Shown: piece by piece, positions 1 to 11,469 of the stretch
Numbering within the stretch: position 1 is the first letter of the stretch
Layout of the letters: the number at the start of each line of letters is the position of its first letter
NCBI RefSeq assembly: GCF_018350175.1
Contig: NC_058368.1
Span: 107,324,001-107,388,000 of the forward strand
Length of the DNA stretch: 64,000 nt
Source: Felis catus
Lineage: Eukaryota
Reading direction: 5' to 3'
Translations under genes and position numbers: made by a program
The notes under the pieces: generated by a model
Told to the model about the DNA's origin: nothing
Databases searched by the model: none
The model's input: the letters and a program-made list of their open reading frames with translations, nothing else

Positions 1-13
1 TTCATAAGATAAC
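1..13 (-). pseudogene. Candidate relic exon, 5' end only (runs off window)
   Basis: Acceptor ttcctctttatttttcag|GTTATC on minus strand. Confidence 0.45.
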
Positions 14-239
14 CTGAAAAATAAAGAGGAACTCTTTTTTATATAAAAGAATAATAGATAAATCTCATGTTTAAAATTGTCCTACAACCAAACCATATCA
101 CTTATACTCCAATAGATAATGCATACATGGGTTTTATAAATCTAGTGATTTGTTTCCCTTCAATCTATCACCCTCTTCTGTACCCTATGTTTGGGATTTT
201 TTTTTTTTTTATCATTCAGAACAGTTTTGATTTACATAC

Positions 240-400
240 ATTTCAATATTCATGGAAACTTTTAATTTTCAATAATGGGATTTTCAAAATTATTTCCTTT
301 CTTTTTTTCCATTGTAGTAAATCATCATCATCATCATCATCATCGTTTTTCCTCCCTTAAGTCATTGTTGATGAATGGCTCCAAATAACTGCTTATTGCT
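240..400 (-). pseudogene. Candidate relic exon with (GAT)8 poly-Asp tract
   Basis: tatcattttcag|AGC...AAT|gtatgt. Reads AISSYLEPFINNDLREE, then a 1-nt shift in an A-run, then DDDDDDDDLLQWKKRKEIILKIPLLKIKSFHEY*. Confidence 0.5.
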
Positions 401-1117
401 CTGAAAATGATACATAAAGAAGTTGTTTATTTTTATCTTTATTTCTCAGCATTCTCCCCTTAGGCAGATGCTGGCTCTCCTCCTGCTCATCACATTATAC
501 GTTGATGTAAAGAATAAATGTTTCTGATAACTTTAGATAGCTGTGTGTGTTCTCTGACTTTCCCCTTCCCACTTTCTCTTATTAATTCTAGACTTTTAAA
601 TAGTTATTCATACTGTAAATAGTTTTGGTGTGCCCACTATATTCCTCTTCGTATGACCACGGCGCTAATTTCTGGGGCTAATTTCTTAGGGCTGTTGCCC
701 TTAAGGAAATTATAGCCTAGCAAAAGAGGAAGAAGAGCCATTGGAAAACACATGGAATGCCATGGTAGAGGAATGCACTGGAGAGTCAACAGAGTCTGCA
801 AATTACCCTTCTGGACAAAAGAGAGAAGGCAGGCATCATCTCCACAAAAGGCCAAAGACCTTTAGTGTCATACTAAGGACTTTGGAATTTATTCTGTAAA
901 CAAGGGCTAGATAACGACAAGAATAAACATGCATTTAGAATTATTTTTCACAACCAAATGTTAAAGTCTATGACCTTTATCTTCAATTTTGTGAAAATTT
1001 TCAACATATTGTCTATAAAATTGTCTCTTCATGCATGCATATAAGAGTGTAAAGTGCTCTCCCTTCCCTAGATCTTTCTGTTTGAATGAGTTTGCCTTCC
1101 TACATATCTTTTCTTAC

Positions 1118-1226
1118 TTTTTAGAATAAATCCTCAGAAATATTTGATCATGAAAGAATTCCTTATCCGGTATTTGTGACCTTCTTTGAAAAAGATACAT
1201 GGGTTATTCTTAACCAATATTAATAT
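1118..1226 (-). pseudogene. Candidate relic exon (109 nt)
   Basis: gtatccttttcag|ATA...AAA|gtaaga. Frame PMYLFQRRSQIPDKEFFHDQIFLRIYSK joins in phase to AISSYL of the next exon. Confidence 0.55.
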
Positions 1227-1269
1227 CTGAAAAGGATACAGGTTTAGATAACACTGCAAATAATAATAA

Positions 1270-1500
1270 AAATAATAAGTTTATTGATGTCTAGTCATTT
1301 TCTAGTACTCTACTGATTATAGACATTTTCTCATTTTGTTCTATAATAACCTTACGAGTTAAGTATTATGATTGTCTCTATTTTACAAATGAGGGTGCAG
1401 AAACACAGAGATTAAGTTACTCTGCCCGGGTCTCTTGGCCAAGAGATGGAACACCAAGGACTGTAATACAGGCACCAAGATTTGAGAGTGTGTAAACTAT
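1270..1500. mobile_element. MIR SINE fragment
   Basis: MIR core-like 'ataaccttacgagttaagtattatgattgtctctattttacaaatgagg'. Confidence 0.6.
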
Positions 1501-1689
1501 TTCACATAAGAGACCCCCTAAAATATGGTACCAGTAGCCACTTAATAGATATTGTCCTACATTCTGACAATTTCTAAGCATATCATATTTATTATTTTGC
1601 TACTTTATTTTTTTTATTTAGCTGTGTCATCCTGAAATTTTCAAAATGTCTCCTTTGCTGTAATAGCCAATGCTAAAGTGTGTCCTCCT

Positions 1690-2800
1690 TTTATTTATTG
1701 CAGTATCATGTGAATTCAATAAAACGCACAAATCTTAGTACAACTCGATGAATTTTCATATGTAAACATATTAATTCCACCCGGATCAAAACATATCCCT
1801 TTTCCCCAGTAGTTTTTCCCTAAAGCTTTCTAGTAAATGTGCACCCAGACGTAACCACCATCCTAAACTCTGCCACCATAAATTAGTTTTGTTCCCTTTC
1901 TGAATTTCATATAAACAGAAGCATACAGTCGGTATATCTTTGAGTCCTGTTTGTTTTGTTCAGTGTAACGTTTTTGTGATTTACCCCTGTAGTTACATGT
2001 AGCAGTAATTTTCTTTTTCTTTGCTGTATTCCATTGACTGAGTATGCCACACTCTTAATCAATTATACTATGGGTGGATGTTTGAATTGTTTTCAGTTTG
2101 GGGCTATCATGAATAAATCCTTTTTGTGTGTATGTGCCCTTGTTTCCCTTCACCACGTAATCCAAAGAATAAAATTGCTAGAGTATAGAATAGGTGTATA
2201 TTTAATCTTATTACTATGTGCAACGGGTTGTTCAGAGTGGTTTACTATTTCACTTGTAGTCCTACCAGCTATGTATGAGAACCACTTTTCTTTACAATGT
2301 CTTCAGTACACGTAAGTCTTTCTGATTTTAGTTTTTCTGATATTTTCTTTTGGTTTTAACCTCACTTTACTCAGCTATCACTGGATCATGACTTAAAAAC
2401 AGATTGGGCATTGCAAGGAAAACAATCCATTAAAATTTTTATTTCAGTTACTGAGTTTTAAGATATAAAATGTCTACCTAGTTCTATTTTAGAGTTCCTA
2501 TTTTTTTCTTAAAGTGTCCCATCTCTTTACAAATTACATCCATGTTTCCCTTTAAATATTTTAATATATTGTTAATAACTGTATTAAATTCCTTGTCTGC
2601 TAATGTCAGTAACTTGCCTATTTGCAAGTTTGCTTCTATTGACTCCTTCTCTTGATTCTGAGTCACACTTTCCACTTTCTTTATGTTTTTAATGTATTTT
2701 ATTATATTCTGAGAATTATTTATAAAAGAATCTTGGAGACTAAATGTACATGTTTTGTTTATTTCTCAGAGGGTGCAAGCCCTTTCCTGTGTCTAGCAGC
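1690..2800 (-). mobile_element. Old LINE-1 (L1M) fragments: 3' part plus an ORF1-like piece
   Basis: L1 3'UTR-like text. ORF 2484-2675 (LADKEFNTVINNILKYLKGNMD) resembles L1 ORF1 N-terminus. Confidence 0.6.
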
Positions 2801-2979
2801 TTGTTTCAGGGCTGTTTATACAGATTCCTTCCAGGCTATGTTGAGCTGGAGCTAGGCTGAAGCTGTAAATAGATTGAATTTACCATGATTATCTCAAGTC
2901 ACTATTCTCCGAGGTGCCATCTCTTTGTTATATTCATTATTTGTGTAGGGACAGGATTGGCAGAAATTTTAGATACTTG

Positions 2980-3950
2980 TGGTTCACCTTTGGATTCAAC
3001 TTAGATGGGCTGCAGAATCCAATTACCTTGGTGATGCACTATGTGATTTCTTTCTGTTCATCAATCCCTCCTTTAATATTGTTTTCTGACCAAAATTAAA
3101 AGATGGAGAATTAATGATCCAGTTGTTTCTTCTTATAGTTAACTCATTTCTAGTTGCAATCCATTCTATTCTCAAAAACCCAGATGATTTCCCCTTCTTC
3201 ATGTAAAGTTTCTCCAACATCCCCTATATCCCTACCTGTACCCAGAGCAGTCACCTTTCTACGATTATGAATGCTAATATGGCTCTGTTTGCCTATAAAG
3301 GGCTTGATTTGCTCTGGAATTCTGTCCATCACTACATCTTTGCTAGTTATGACAATCCACAATATTTAGAAGTATGAAGATGAAAATATTTATATATAAA
3401 TCAATTAGAAAGATCAAGCCCTACCATTTCTGTTGATGGTAGAACACTTAAATATGCCAATTCTAGTAACTCAGTCATGTCTGCTTTAGAATTCAATCAC
3501 TTTGGGTAAATATCCAGTCCAATCCAGGTCCCCACCTCCTCTTTCTTATTCTTACTTCTTGGTTACATACCTAGAGTCTAATGTGCCATTTACCATTATG
3601 GCACTAAGAGATAGTTATCATGTGGTCATACCCTTTGAGTCTTGGTTTTGGCTTCTGTTGAGGAAGAGCATCACACCTGATCCCTATCATCCTGAGGTAT
3701 CAGATAATACTAAAGATATCCCTGTAATTTGTATCTTCTTTGTCTTCCTTATTCTTTCTTAGTCATACTTCTCATCCTGCTGGGACTCTTGTCTGATGCT
3801 TTCCATCACTGCTGTGGTGTATAAAGGACTCCAGGAATTTGCCTCTGGACCGTTTGCCTAGGTCACCCACTCAGCCCTTGCCTGGGTACTATTTTGATGT
3901 GTATTCCTCTGAGGCACAAGAAAGCCTTAGAGCACACAAGGTGAAGAATA
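2980..3950 (-). mobile_element. Degenerate ERVL/MaLR internal (gag-like) remnant
   Basis: Weak by-eye similarity to the ERVL gag region. Confidence 0.35.
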
Positions 3951-4329
3951 AGTTTATCTATTCTCAGATTCACCAAAATCTATGTGGAATTCCTTTCAGC
4001 TGATCCTGAGGATCTCAATCCAATGGAGAACCAAAGACAGGATTTCACATTTGCATCTATGCTTTTTTTTTTCTACTTTTTTTCAGACATTTCTCTCCAA
4101 AATACCACCTCCTCCTTTTATAATTGAAAAAGCATCCCTGCTCCACATTGGCAAACAAAAACAAAAACAACAAAAAAAAACCTATTCTCATAATATTGAA
4201 TCTTTTCCTATTTTATGGTTTATGTTACTAGCCCATATGTATAGTTCTCTTGGCTTTGGTTCTCAATGAGAAGTCAATCATTTGGAATTCAAGGAAATCT
4301 TTTTTCTAGCTCTTGAAATGAAGACTCAC

Positions 4330-4433
4330 AGTTTTTAAGATGATCTTTTCTGTTAAGAGCTTAATTAACTTCTTTTTTCTACCTATATTTGTCTTCCACA
4401 TTAACCAATGGGTATATGAAATTATTCCACTAC
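4330..4433 (-). pseudogene. Candidate relic exon (104 nt)
   Basis: ccccatgattcag|GTA...ACT|gtgagt; acceptor is moderate. Confidence 0.4.
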
Positions 4434-4504
4434 CTGAATCATGGGGTCAGTTAATGGTGCAAAGAAGCATGAAGACGTGATTCATAAAACTTCATTACAT
4501 TGGC

Positions 4505-5400
4505 TCTATTAGTCATGTTTCTGCCAGGAAAGAGATAGCATACTCAAAATGCAGAAATGAAGAAAGTTTAAGGAAGGGAATATTTATTAGGTTTGGACAT
4601 GGTTGATGGAAGCCCACTAGAGGTGAAGGAAACAGGAATTACTATCTTTTGGTAAAGGATGAAATAACTGGTTTTAAAGAAGAGAGAGCAGCTAATACCC
4701 TTTTATATAGCTTTAGGAAAGGAATGATGATGTTCATAAACCATAAGTATTTAATAAAGCTGGAAAGCAGTCTTCAAATTGGATTTATGAACTATGGGTA
4801 TCATATTAAGACTTTAAACGAGTGTGAACATATGGTAAATATTAAAGGATTTATTTCAAGATGTTCAAGTTTTCCAGATTTGATGTGCCTGTGCAAGTGC
4901 CTTCTTTTAAGTCCTCCTCAACGTGGATAGAGATTCACGGTATTACGGCCTGGGTTGGAATGTTCTAAATTGCAATATATTGTGTAGTGAGGCAGAGGGA
5001 ATGATGTCAATTTTCATTTAAAGACCCTGCCACTTCTCTTATCTCTCTTCTAAAAATGTATCATCCGGAGGGACAGAACTGGTGAGAAGGAGCTGTGGTC
5101 TTAGGTAGAGGAACATAGTAATTGTCAAAGCAGGGCCTGGCAGAGAAGAAGCTGGGGGGAATAAATAACCCCATCTTTATTTCCTGGTACTACTCATTGC
5201 TATTGGCTGAAACCTTCAAGAAGCCAGAGGACAAGTAGTATAATTGATGCAGTGCATAAAAACCAGCTTTTGGGGACAAGAACCAGGAGATAAGAGTGGA
5301 GTCCTAGAAAGGGAAAGGGAGAATATACTCCACTAAAAAGTGGAGTCCTAGAAACGGAAAGGGAGTCCTAGAAAGGGAAAGGGAGAATATAAAGCAACTA
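4505..5400. mobile_element. LTR33-like ERVL LTR interrupted by a ~430-bp foreign insert (4650-5085)
   Basis: Both flanks match LTR33-type text ('aggaaagagatagcatactcaaa...', 'attggctgaaaccttcaagaagccagaggacaag'). Confidence 0.6.
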
Positions 5401-5689
5401 TACTACTCCATTATTTTCCAGCTTCTCGATTATTTTCCATGGGAATGTAAGAACAGTGTAATTCCTACTTTATCGTATATGTAACTCCCCCTTTCCATCA
5501 TTTTTCCCTCAAGCAATTCCTTTTCTCTTTAAGGAAGTGAGCTGGAGAGTATCCTCTGTCCACATTGTATTCCAGCTGTATACCAAGTATGCCCCCACTC
5601 CCTTTCTTTTTTCTGCTTTGCCTTCCTGACCAGTCACTATTCATTCTTTGAGATGCTATCAGGAATTATTGCATGGGATTGCTAAACAT

Positions 5690-5980
5690 TGAATGAATGA
5701 ATAAATGAATGAGAAAAATAACCTCTTGGAAGCTATATTCAGTCTTTCCAGTTTAACCACACTTCCTTCTTTTGTAGTTTTCCTTTATTCTCTTAAAGAA
5801 CTACGTTTTAAACTCTACAGTTACTTATTCCTTCTGCACTATAATTGGTTGCTTTTCTTGTCTTTCCTCCACTACACTTTGAACTCTGGAAAGCAGGGAT
5901 TATGTTTTATTTACCTCTTTAGTCTTGGGATTTAGCATAGGACCTAGCACACAGTAGGTAATCGTAAAAATTTCCTGAAG
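5690..5980. mobile_element. L2 3'-end fragment
   Basis: 'gaactctggaaagcaggg...ggacctagcacacagtagg' and tgaatgaa repeats. Confidence 0.55.
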
Positions 5981-6077
5981 TAATAACTTTGTCCCTGTCC
6001 TTGTGAGGTATTTTACTTCTAATCATTTACAGAGTAGAGCCTTTTTATGTCTGCTCCTGTGATCAACATCCAACCTG

Positions 6078-6297
6078 TTTTTTTTTTTTTTTTTTAAGTT
6101 TATTTATTTTTGAGAGAGACAGGGAATGAGCTGGGGAGGGGCAGAGAGAAAGGAATACGGGAGACAGAATTCCAAGCGGGCTCTGCGCTGTCAGCCCAGA
6201 GCTGGATATGGGGCTCAAACTCACAAACCATGAGATCATGACCTGAGCAGAAATCTAGAGTACTACGCTTAACCGACCGAGCCACCCAGGTGCCCCA
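6078..6297 (-). mobile_element. Can-SINE
   Basis: Poly-T, GA tract, ends 'gagccacccaggtgcccc'; flanking aacatccaa TSD. Confidence 0.93.
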
Positions 6298-6744
6298 ACA
6301 TCCAATTTAACAACACATCCATCCTCATCACCCCAACTTTCTACTGAATATAGATGCCACCTATTCCTTCTCACCCTTTAAATTGTCGTCTGAATTCTCC
6401 TGTTTCTTCCTCATCCCTCTTTCTTGAGTGTTTTCTCTTTCTATAAAAGTTACTGCTATTTTGTGCTTTCCTTCCATTAAATTTTTGGGATGCTATTCCC
6501 TTCCTTCATGCACTTTTTTTCCTCTTGTGCTGTCCTCCAATGAGATTATCTCTCAGTTGGAGCCCTTTTTTCTCACCTGCGTATAAATTGTTTAATACTT
6601 TTCATATAGTTATTCTACAGCTTTTTCAACTTTACAATTATATCTATCACTTCTCTGCTTCCCCCAGATCATCTGCATCCTACGTTGTATTTTGTATTTT
6701 TTTATACTCATGCATCCCAAGGAAGATTCTTTTTATAACCTAAA

Positions 6745-6980
6745 TCTTGATAGCTAACATTATTCTGCTCTTTCATATGCTGTGTACTATTCTAAATGTT
6801 TTATATTATGTTAGTTAAGCCTCACCACAACCTTATGAGGTACATACCTCAAGTATTGCCATTTTTATAGTTAAACATGAGACCCAAAAAACTAGCTGAC
6901 CCATCACTCAGTTATTAAGTGATTGGACTGGTATTCTCTGTCTCCAGAGCTCACAATCCTAACCACTATGTGACACTACC
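6745..6980. mobile_element. MIR SINE
   Basis: 'cctcaccacaaccttatgaggtac...cttaaccactatg'-type MIR text. Confidence 0.65.
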
Positions 6981-7129
6981 TCCTATATTTTCTTCTCACT
7001 CTGTAGACACATGTAATGAGATGGACAAATGTCACTAGCTTCGGTATTCCCATTTTTACAGCCCTTACTGTTGTTTCAGATGCTTGTACCTGTCTTATTT
7101 TATATCTTTTGTGTAGTTTGCATGAAGGT

Positions 7130-8090
7130 TCCAAAGCAGACTGATTGTCGCCGCCTTGGTAGTCCCCATTTCAGATCGTATTGCAGGGGACCCCCGACAC
7201 ACAGGACAAAATGCAGGAGGTTTGGACACGCCAAGGCCCCACAGGCCTGCATAGCCCCAAAGCCCAACGCCTAGGGGAAAGGCCCGTTCTGCCCACGCCC
7301 ATGCCTTGAAGTTCGGGGAACCTGAGATTTGGAACAGTTGAAGGGTAAGGAAGCGCCAGGTCACTGTAGGGGTTTATGAGGTATCCGAGGCATCTAACTA
7401 ATTCCAACCCCTACCCTACCTAATGTCACGTGTTCCCCATGAAGGCAGAGCTGCAGGGAATTCAAAAGTTTTGCCAGGTTACGATGGGAAGGGGATAGCC
7501 TGGAACCTCCCGGAAGAGGCATTTGGGAATCCTGGTTGCTGGCGTGGTTGCTAGGGGGCGGGGCCATCGGAGAGCGCGTGCGCATGCCAATCCGCCCGCC
7601 CAGGATCCCGCGCAAGCTGGCGGGTAGCTGCTCTCTGGAGTGAGGGGAGATGAAACCCAGCGGCCTGAACCAGTTCAGGAGAGGCCTGTTTCCAGGCTCC
7701 ACTCGGGAATTCTTGAGGCAAACCAGGTATCTGGCGTGGTCTCCGCTCACACCTGCGCAGAGACCTTTATTCATCTTGAAGTCAGATACAGGAACACGGC
7801 AGCCTTCATTGGCGAGAACTGTGGGTCGTAGAATGAGAGGCACCTGGGAGTACTGGTTCTTGGAGAAGCCCGTGTTCAGACAAGCCGCGTGACCAAATGC
7901 GGATTCACCGTCCTCTCCTTTGCCGTCCCAAGCATCAGATCATATTGCGAGGGGGACCCCTCACCCAAAACAATAGTCAGGTGGTTTGGACAGACCGCGG
8001 CCCCGCAGCCCTGGGGGGCTCATAGGCCCAGGCCTGCTGAAAGGTTGCATACTCCACACACGCGTGCGCTTGGATGTTGAGTGCATCTCC
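7130..8090. promoter_or_regulatory. CpG island with TATA-less core promoter motif cluster (~7420-7610)
   Basis: Abrupt GC/CpG rise. GTCACGTG 7425-7432, CCGGAAG 7510-7516, GTTGCT RFX-like half sites 7535 and 7547, GGGGGCGGGG 7554-7563, GCGCGTGCGCATGC (NRF1-like) 7574-7587, CCAAT 7587-7591, CCGCCC x2 7592-7601. Confidence 0.75.
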
Positions 8091-9650
8091 TTCTGTTGCC
8101 CAGCCCTCTCTGCCTCAGCCTGTATCTGTGGCCACATGTCAAGTTCCCGGAGACAGAGTTGACTGAGGAAGTAAATTACTAAACCTGATTTGCAGGTATG
8201 TATGCACAAATGATGGTACTACCCAGAAATGAACTCCTGCGCTATCCCCCGGGTGTCCTTGAACTGTAATAAGCAAGTGGTCGTGTCTTGTTGGCTTTGT
8301 CCTAATATATATCTGGAGGGCTTGGAAAAAGATGGCAAGAAGTGTGACTATAAACTGGTTCATGAACAGTGGCTGATGTTTAGATGGAATGGTCAGATAA
8401 TTGGAAGAAGTATTTGAGGACTGGGAACTAGATTTGAGCCCACTTTAAGGATAGTCTTCTCAGAATGGGCCCAGAGTATAAGAACACCTGTGTCCCATCT
8501 GAATCGTCATCAAGGGCGCTCTTTGCAGAACAGGCTTTCTGTAATCAAGTGGACATGACTTTTTTTTTTTTTTTTTTTTTTTATGTCTGTGTAATTCTTT
8601 CCAGTTATCTCAGCGCTTTGTTTGCTTTTTGGGTTAATAAGTGGCCAAGGTGGTGAAGATGGGATTTATAGGGTTCTCAAAAACTTTGGCTTTCGCTCAG
8701 CAAAGTTGAACTGGTTAACCCCATTGCTAAGTGCCTCATCTGCTAACAGCAGAGACAAAAACTGACCCTTTTTCCTTACGTTAGGGAGGGTAAAACCAAC
8801 CACATCAGCATGGATGGGGCACAAATTCCCCTTTCCTGGAATAAACATTTATTCTAGATACCGATTTGTCTTTTTTAGACAATCATAAATGTCTTATTCC
8901 TCATTATTGTATCCCTTATACATTGCTCTTAACAAAGAAACCATTTTATGGTGAAAAAGTGGGAAAACATGCTGATGCTTAAAGAATTCATTACAAAATG
9001 GTGCAGTTGTCAATAAATTACTTCAGTAGGACAACAACTTTGAAATTTGAGGTGCTGTCCCACAGGGTGCTCTGTCTGCTTTGAACCGGTAGCTAATATC
9101 TGATTCTTTTCTTTTGCCCCAGAGCCAGAATACAGCCACTAAGGGCATAGTACTTTTCATTATTTCACTCTCTTGTAAAGATTTTGCTTTCATTCTCTCC
9201 GTCTGTGCTTTTGATAATTTAGAATTTTTGGTTTCCAAAGGCAAGAATGTTTTCACAAGGGTGCAAAATAATGGTTCGGTTGACCTCGCTGTTCATGCTG
9301 TTGACCTTTGGGGCTTCTCCTGCCCTTGAATCATTATTAAGAAGGTAGTTGATAAACTTTGGTGACTGATTCCAGAGTGAATATGATTGATGTTATTACA
9401 CAGTAGAGGAGACATATGTCTGAAACTCCAGAAAATCTCAGGATGCCTCTTAGCGCTTACACATCCAGTTGAAAATGTTCATGGAGGTTTCAAACAAACC
9501 AGTGATGATGATGATTATGATAATAATAATAATAATAATAGTAACTACAACCACCACAACTACCAAAGTTCAGCCCCCCACAGGAAAAAAAGATTTGTAT
9601 CACTCAACTCTACCATCTGAAGAACATGGCTCTATGATCATACCAACTCT
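8085..9650 (+). mobile_element. ERVL internal pol remnant (RNase H to integrase)
   Basis: Degenerate matches to ERVL pol, e.g. SHLNRHQ..AEQAFCNQVD (cf. SHVNAHQ..AEEDFNNQVD) and AKCLIC*QQRQKL (cf. AECPICQQQRPTL). Confidence 0.8.
9502..9563 (+). repeat. Compound trinucleotide microsatellite (GAT)n(AAT)n(CAC/AAC)n
   Basis: Seen directly. Confidence 0.85.
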
Positions 9651-10249
9651 GACCTCAGTACCAGTTAAAGAATCAATTTTAACTACAAACTGTGTATTTT
9701 CATTTGTTTCCAGTTTTGCTGTTTGTATATTTATGAACTTAATCAGTTTTCCCATTTTTTTTTCTTTTTCCTTACTATTTCATGTGCTGGTGGTGGTTAA
9801 ATTTATAATTTAGTTCTGAGTTTTCAGTATATCATGGTAGCACTGTGACTAAAGTTAGAAATAAAAAATAGCCAGATATTGAAATAGTTACTAATGGAAT
9901 GAAGGATGTATTTGGATATTTAACAAAGTAGTGGACTTGGTGAATTGGTTTAGTTCCAAGCAAATATTAAATGAGAAAAAGAGGGCCCTTTAAAGATAAA
10001 GCACGCAGTCCACAAGAAGTCTATAACTTTGAGGCATCTTTATTTACCAACTGTCATACCACAAAAATACATAAAGCAAAATGCTAGTGGAAATTCATAA
10101 TAGTTGTAGGTGAATTTAAATAACCTCTGTCAGTTGATGATTGATGAGGTACCCCAACATATGGAAGAGTGCATTATATGATAAATCAGGTGGTTGACCT
10201 AATCAGCATGTCTCAAACACAGTACCCTGACAATAGAGAATACTTTTTC

Positions 10250-10478
10250 TTTTTTTTTTTTTTAAATTTTTTTTTCAACGTTTATTTATTTTTGGGACAG
10301 AGAGAGACAGAGCATGAACGGGGGAGGGGCAGAGAGAGAGGGAGACACAGAATTGGAAACAGGCTCCAGGCTCCCAGCCATCAGCCCAGAGCCCGACGCG
10401 GGGCTCGAACTCCCGGACCGCGAGATCGTGACCTGGCTGAAGTCGGACGCTTAACCGACTGCGCCACCCAGGCACCCC
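10250..10478 (-). mobile_element. Young felid Can-SINE
   Basis: CpG-intact consensus-like copy; TSD gagaatactttttcttt. Confidence 0.96.
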
Positions 10479-10642
10479 GAGAATACTTTTTCTTTGTGTA
10501 TTCTGATAAAACTTGTACAACTGATTATTTATTAGGCTACCAAAAAAAAAAAAAAAAAAACCAACCTCCATAAATTCACAAAAGTAGAAGTCATGTAGAT
10601 CATATTGATTTCCTTTTTAACCTAAACAACCTAAATACTCAC

Positions 10643-10692
10643 TTTTGTTTTATTTTCACATAACTCCCCTGTTTATTTTAGTGAACATTTTG
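10643..10692 (-). pseudogene. Candidate relic exon (50 nt)
   Basis: gtattttaacag|CAA...AAA|gtgagt. Confidence 0.4.
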
Positions 10693-10834
10693 CTGTTAAA
10701 ATACTTAATAGAGAACTTGGAGAAAAAGAATGGAAATGCTTATGAAGAAATTGCTTCTGGCTGCTGCAGTGGAAAGAGTAGAATCAAGTTGCTGCATACT
10801 TTCCCCCTAGAGAATAAAAGTAATGCGTTCTTAC

Positions 10835-10931
10835 TTTTACTTAAAACAAACAGAACCATTTACAAATCTTTCATTTTCTCTTTATAAGCCTTCAGATCAA
10901 CTCAGGCTAGTACTAACAAGCAGAATTTTCC
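10835..10931 (-). pseudogene. Candidate relic exon (97 nt)
   Basis: atctttccccag|GGA...AAA|gtaaga; GKFCLLVLA*VDLKAYKEKMKDL*MVLFVLSK. Confidence 0.5.
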
Positions 10932-11469
10932 CTGGGGAAAGATATTTGGAAAAATTATTACTTCATCCTATTTTGCTTCTCAGTTATTTTATTCATTATA
11001 AACCAAGTCTGAGAATATTCGGGACTAAATTAAATAGGACTCAATTATGAGATGGAGCATACTGGCTGCTGAGTAAGGTGAATCACATAAAAGAAAGAAG
11101 GGTCTCATCAGGTCCTCAGTATTTCAATATATTTTAAAAGCTATTGATCCCTCTCAAAGTTCTGGATGAACTAAGTGGACAAAAGATATCTCTGTATATA
11201 TTTGATTTCTTCGAAATGTGCATGCTTTATTCCTCTAAGTATCCTCTTTCTTATCAAGGAGTGTATCTTGTTTCTCTGCAACAATATGCATTTGTTTATC
11301 TCTTCCATTCTTATGTGCTCATACTGGGGTTTTGCATAATGTTACTACTCAGAAATCTGGCAGTGTAATATACAAAACAAACCAGGTGTGAATGTGAACT
11401 GCAGTGTGAATCTGAGTATAATGAGCAACACAGAAATAGTACCAAATGCTTTAGGAATTCAACCTTCCA

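Noticed and set aside
4740..4965. Minus-strand exon candidate
   Set aside because: Lies in the duplicated insert within LTR33 and lacks a good donor
7640..7892. Plus-strand island ORFs as a coding first exon
   Set aside because: No recognisable protein, weak donor (GTATCT), and ORFs of this size are expected in GC-rich DNA
10169..10573. 134-aa ORF and similar ORFs at 21298, 40381, 52409 and 62332
   Set aside because: Read-through of Can-SINE sequence
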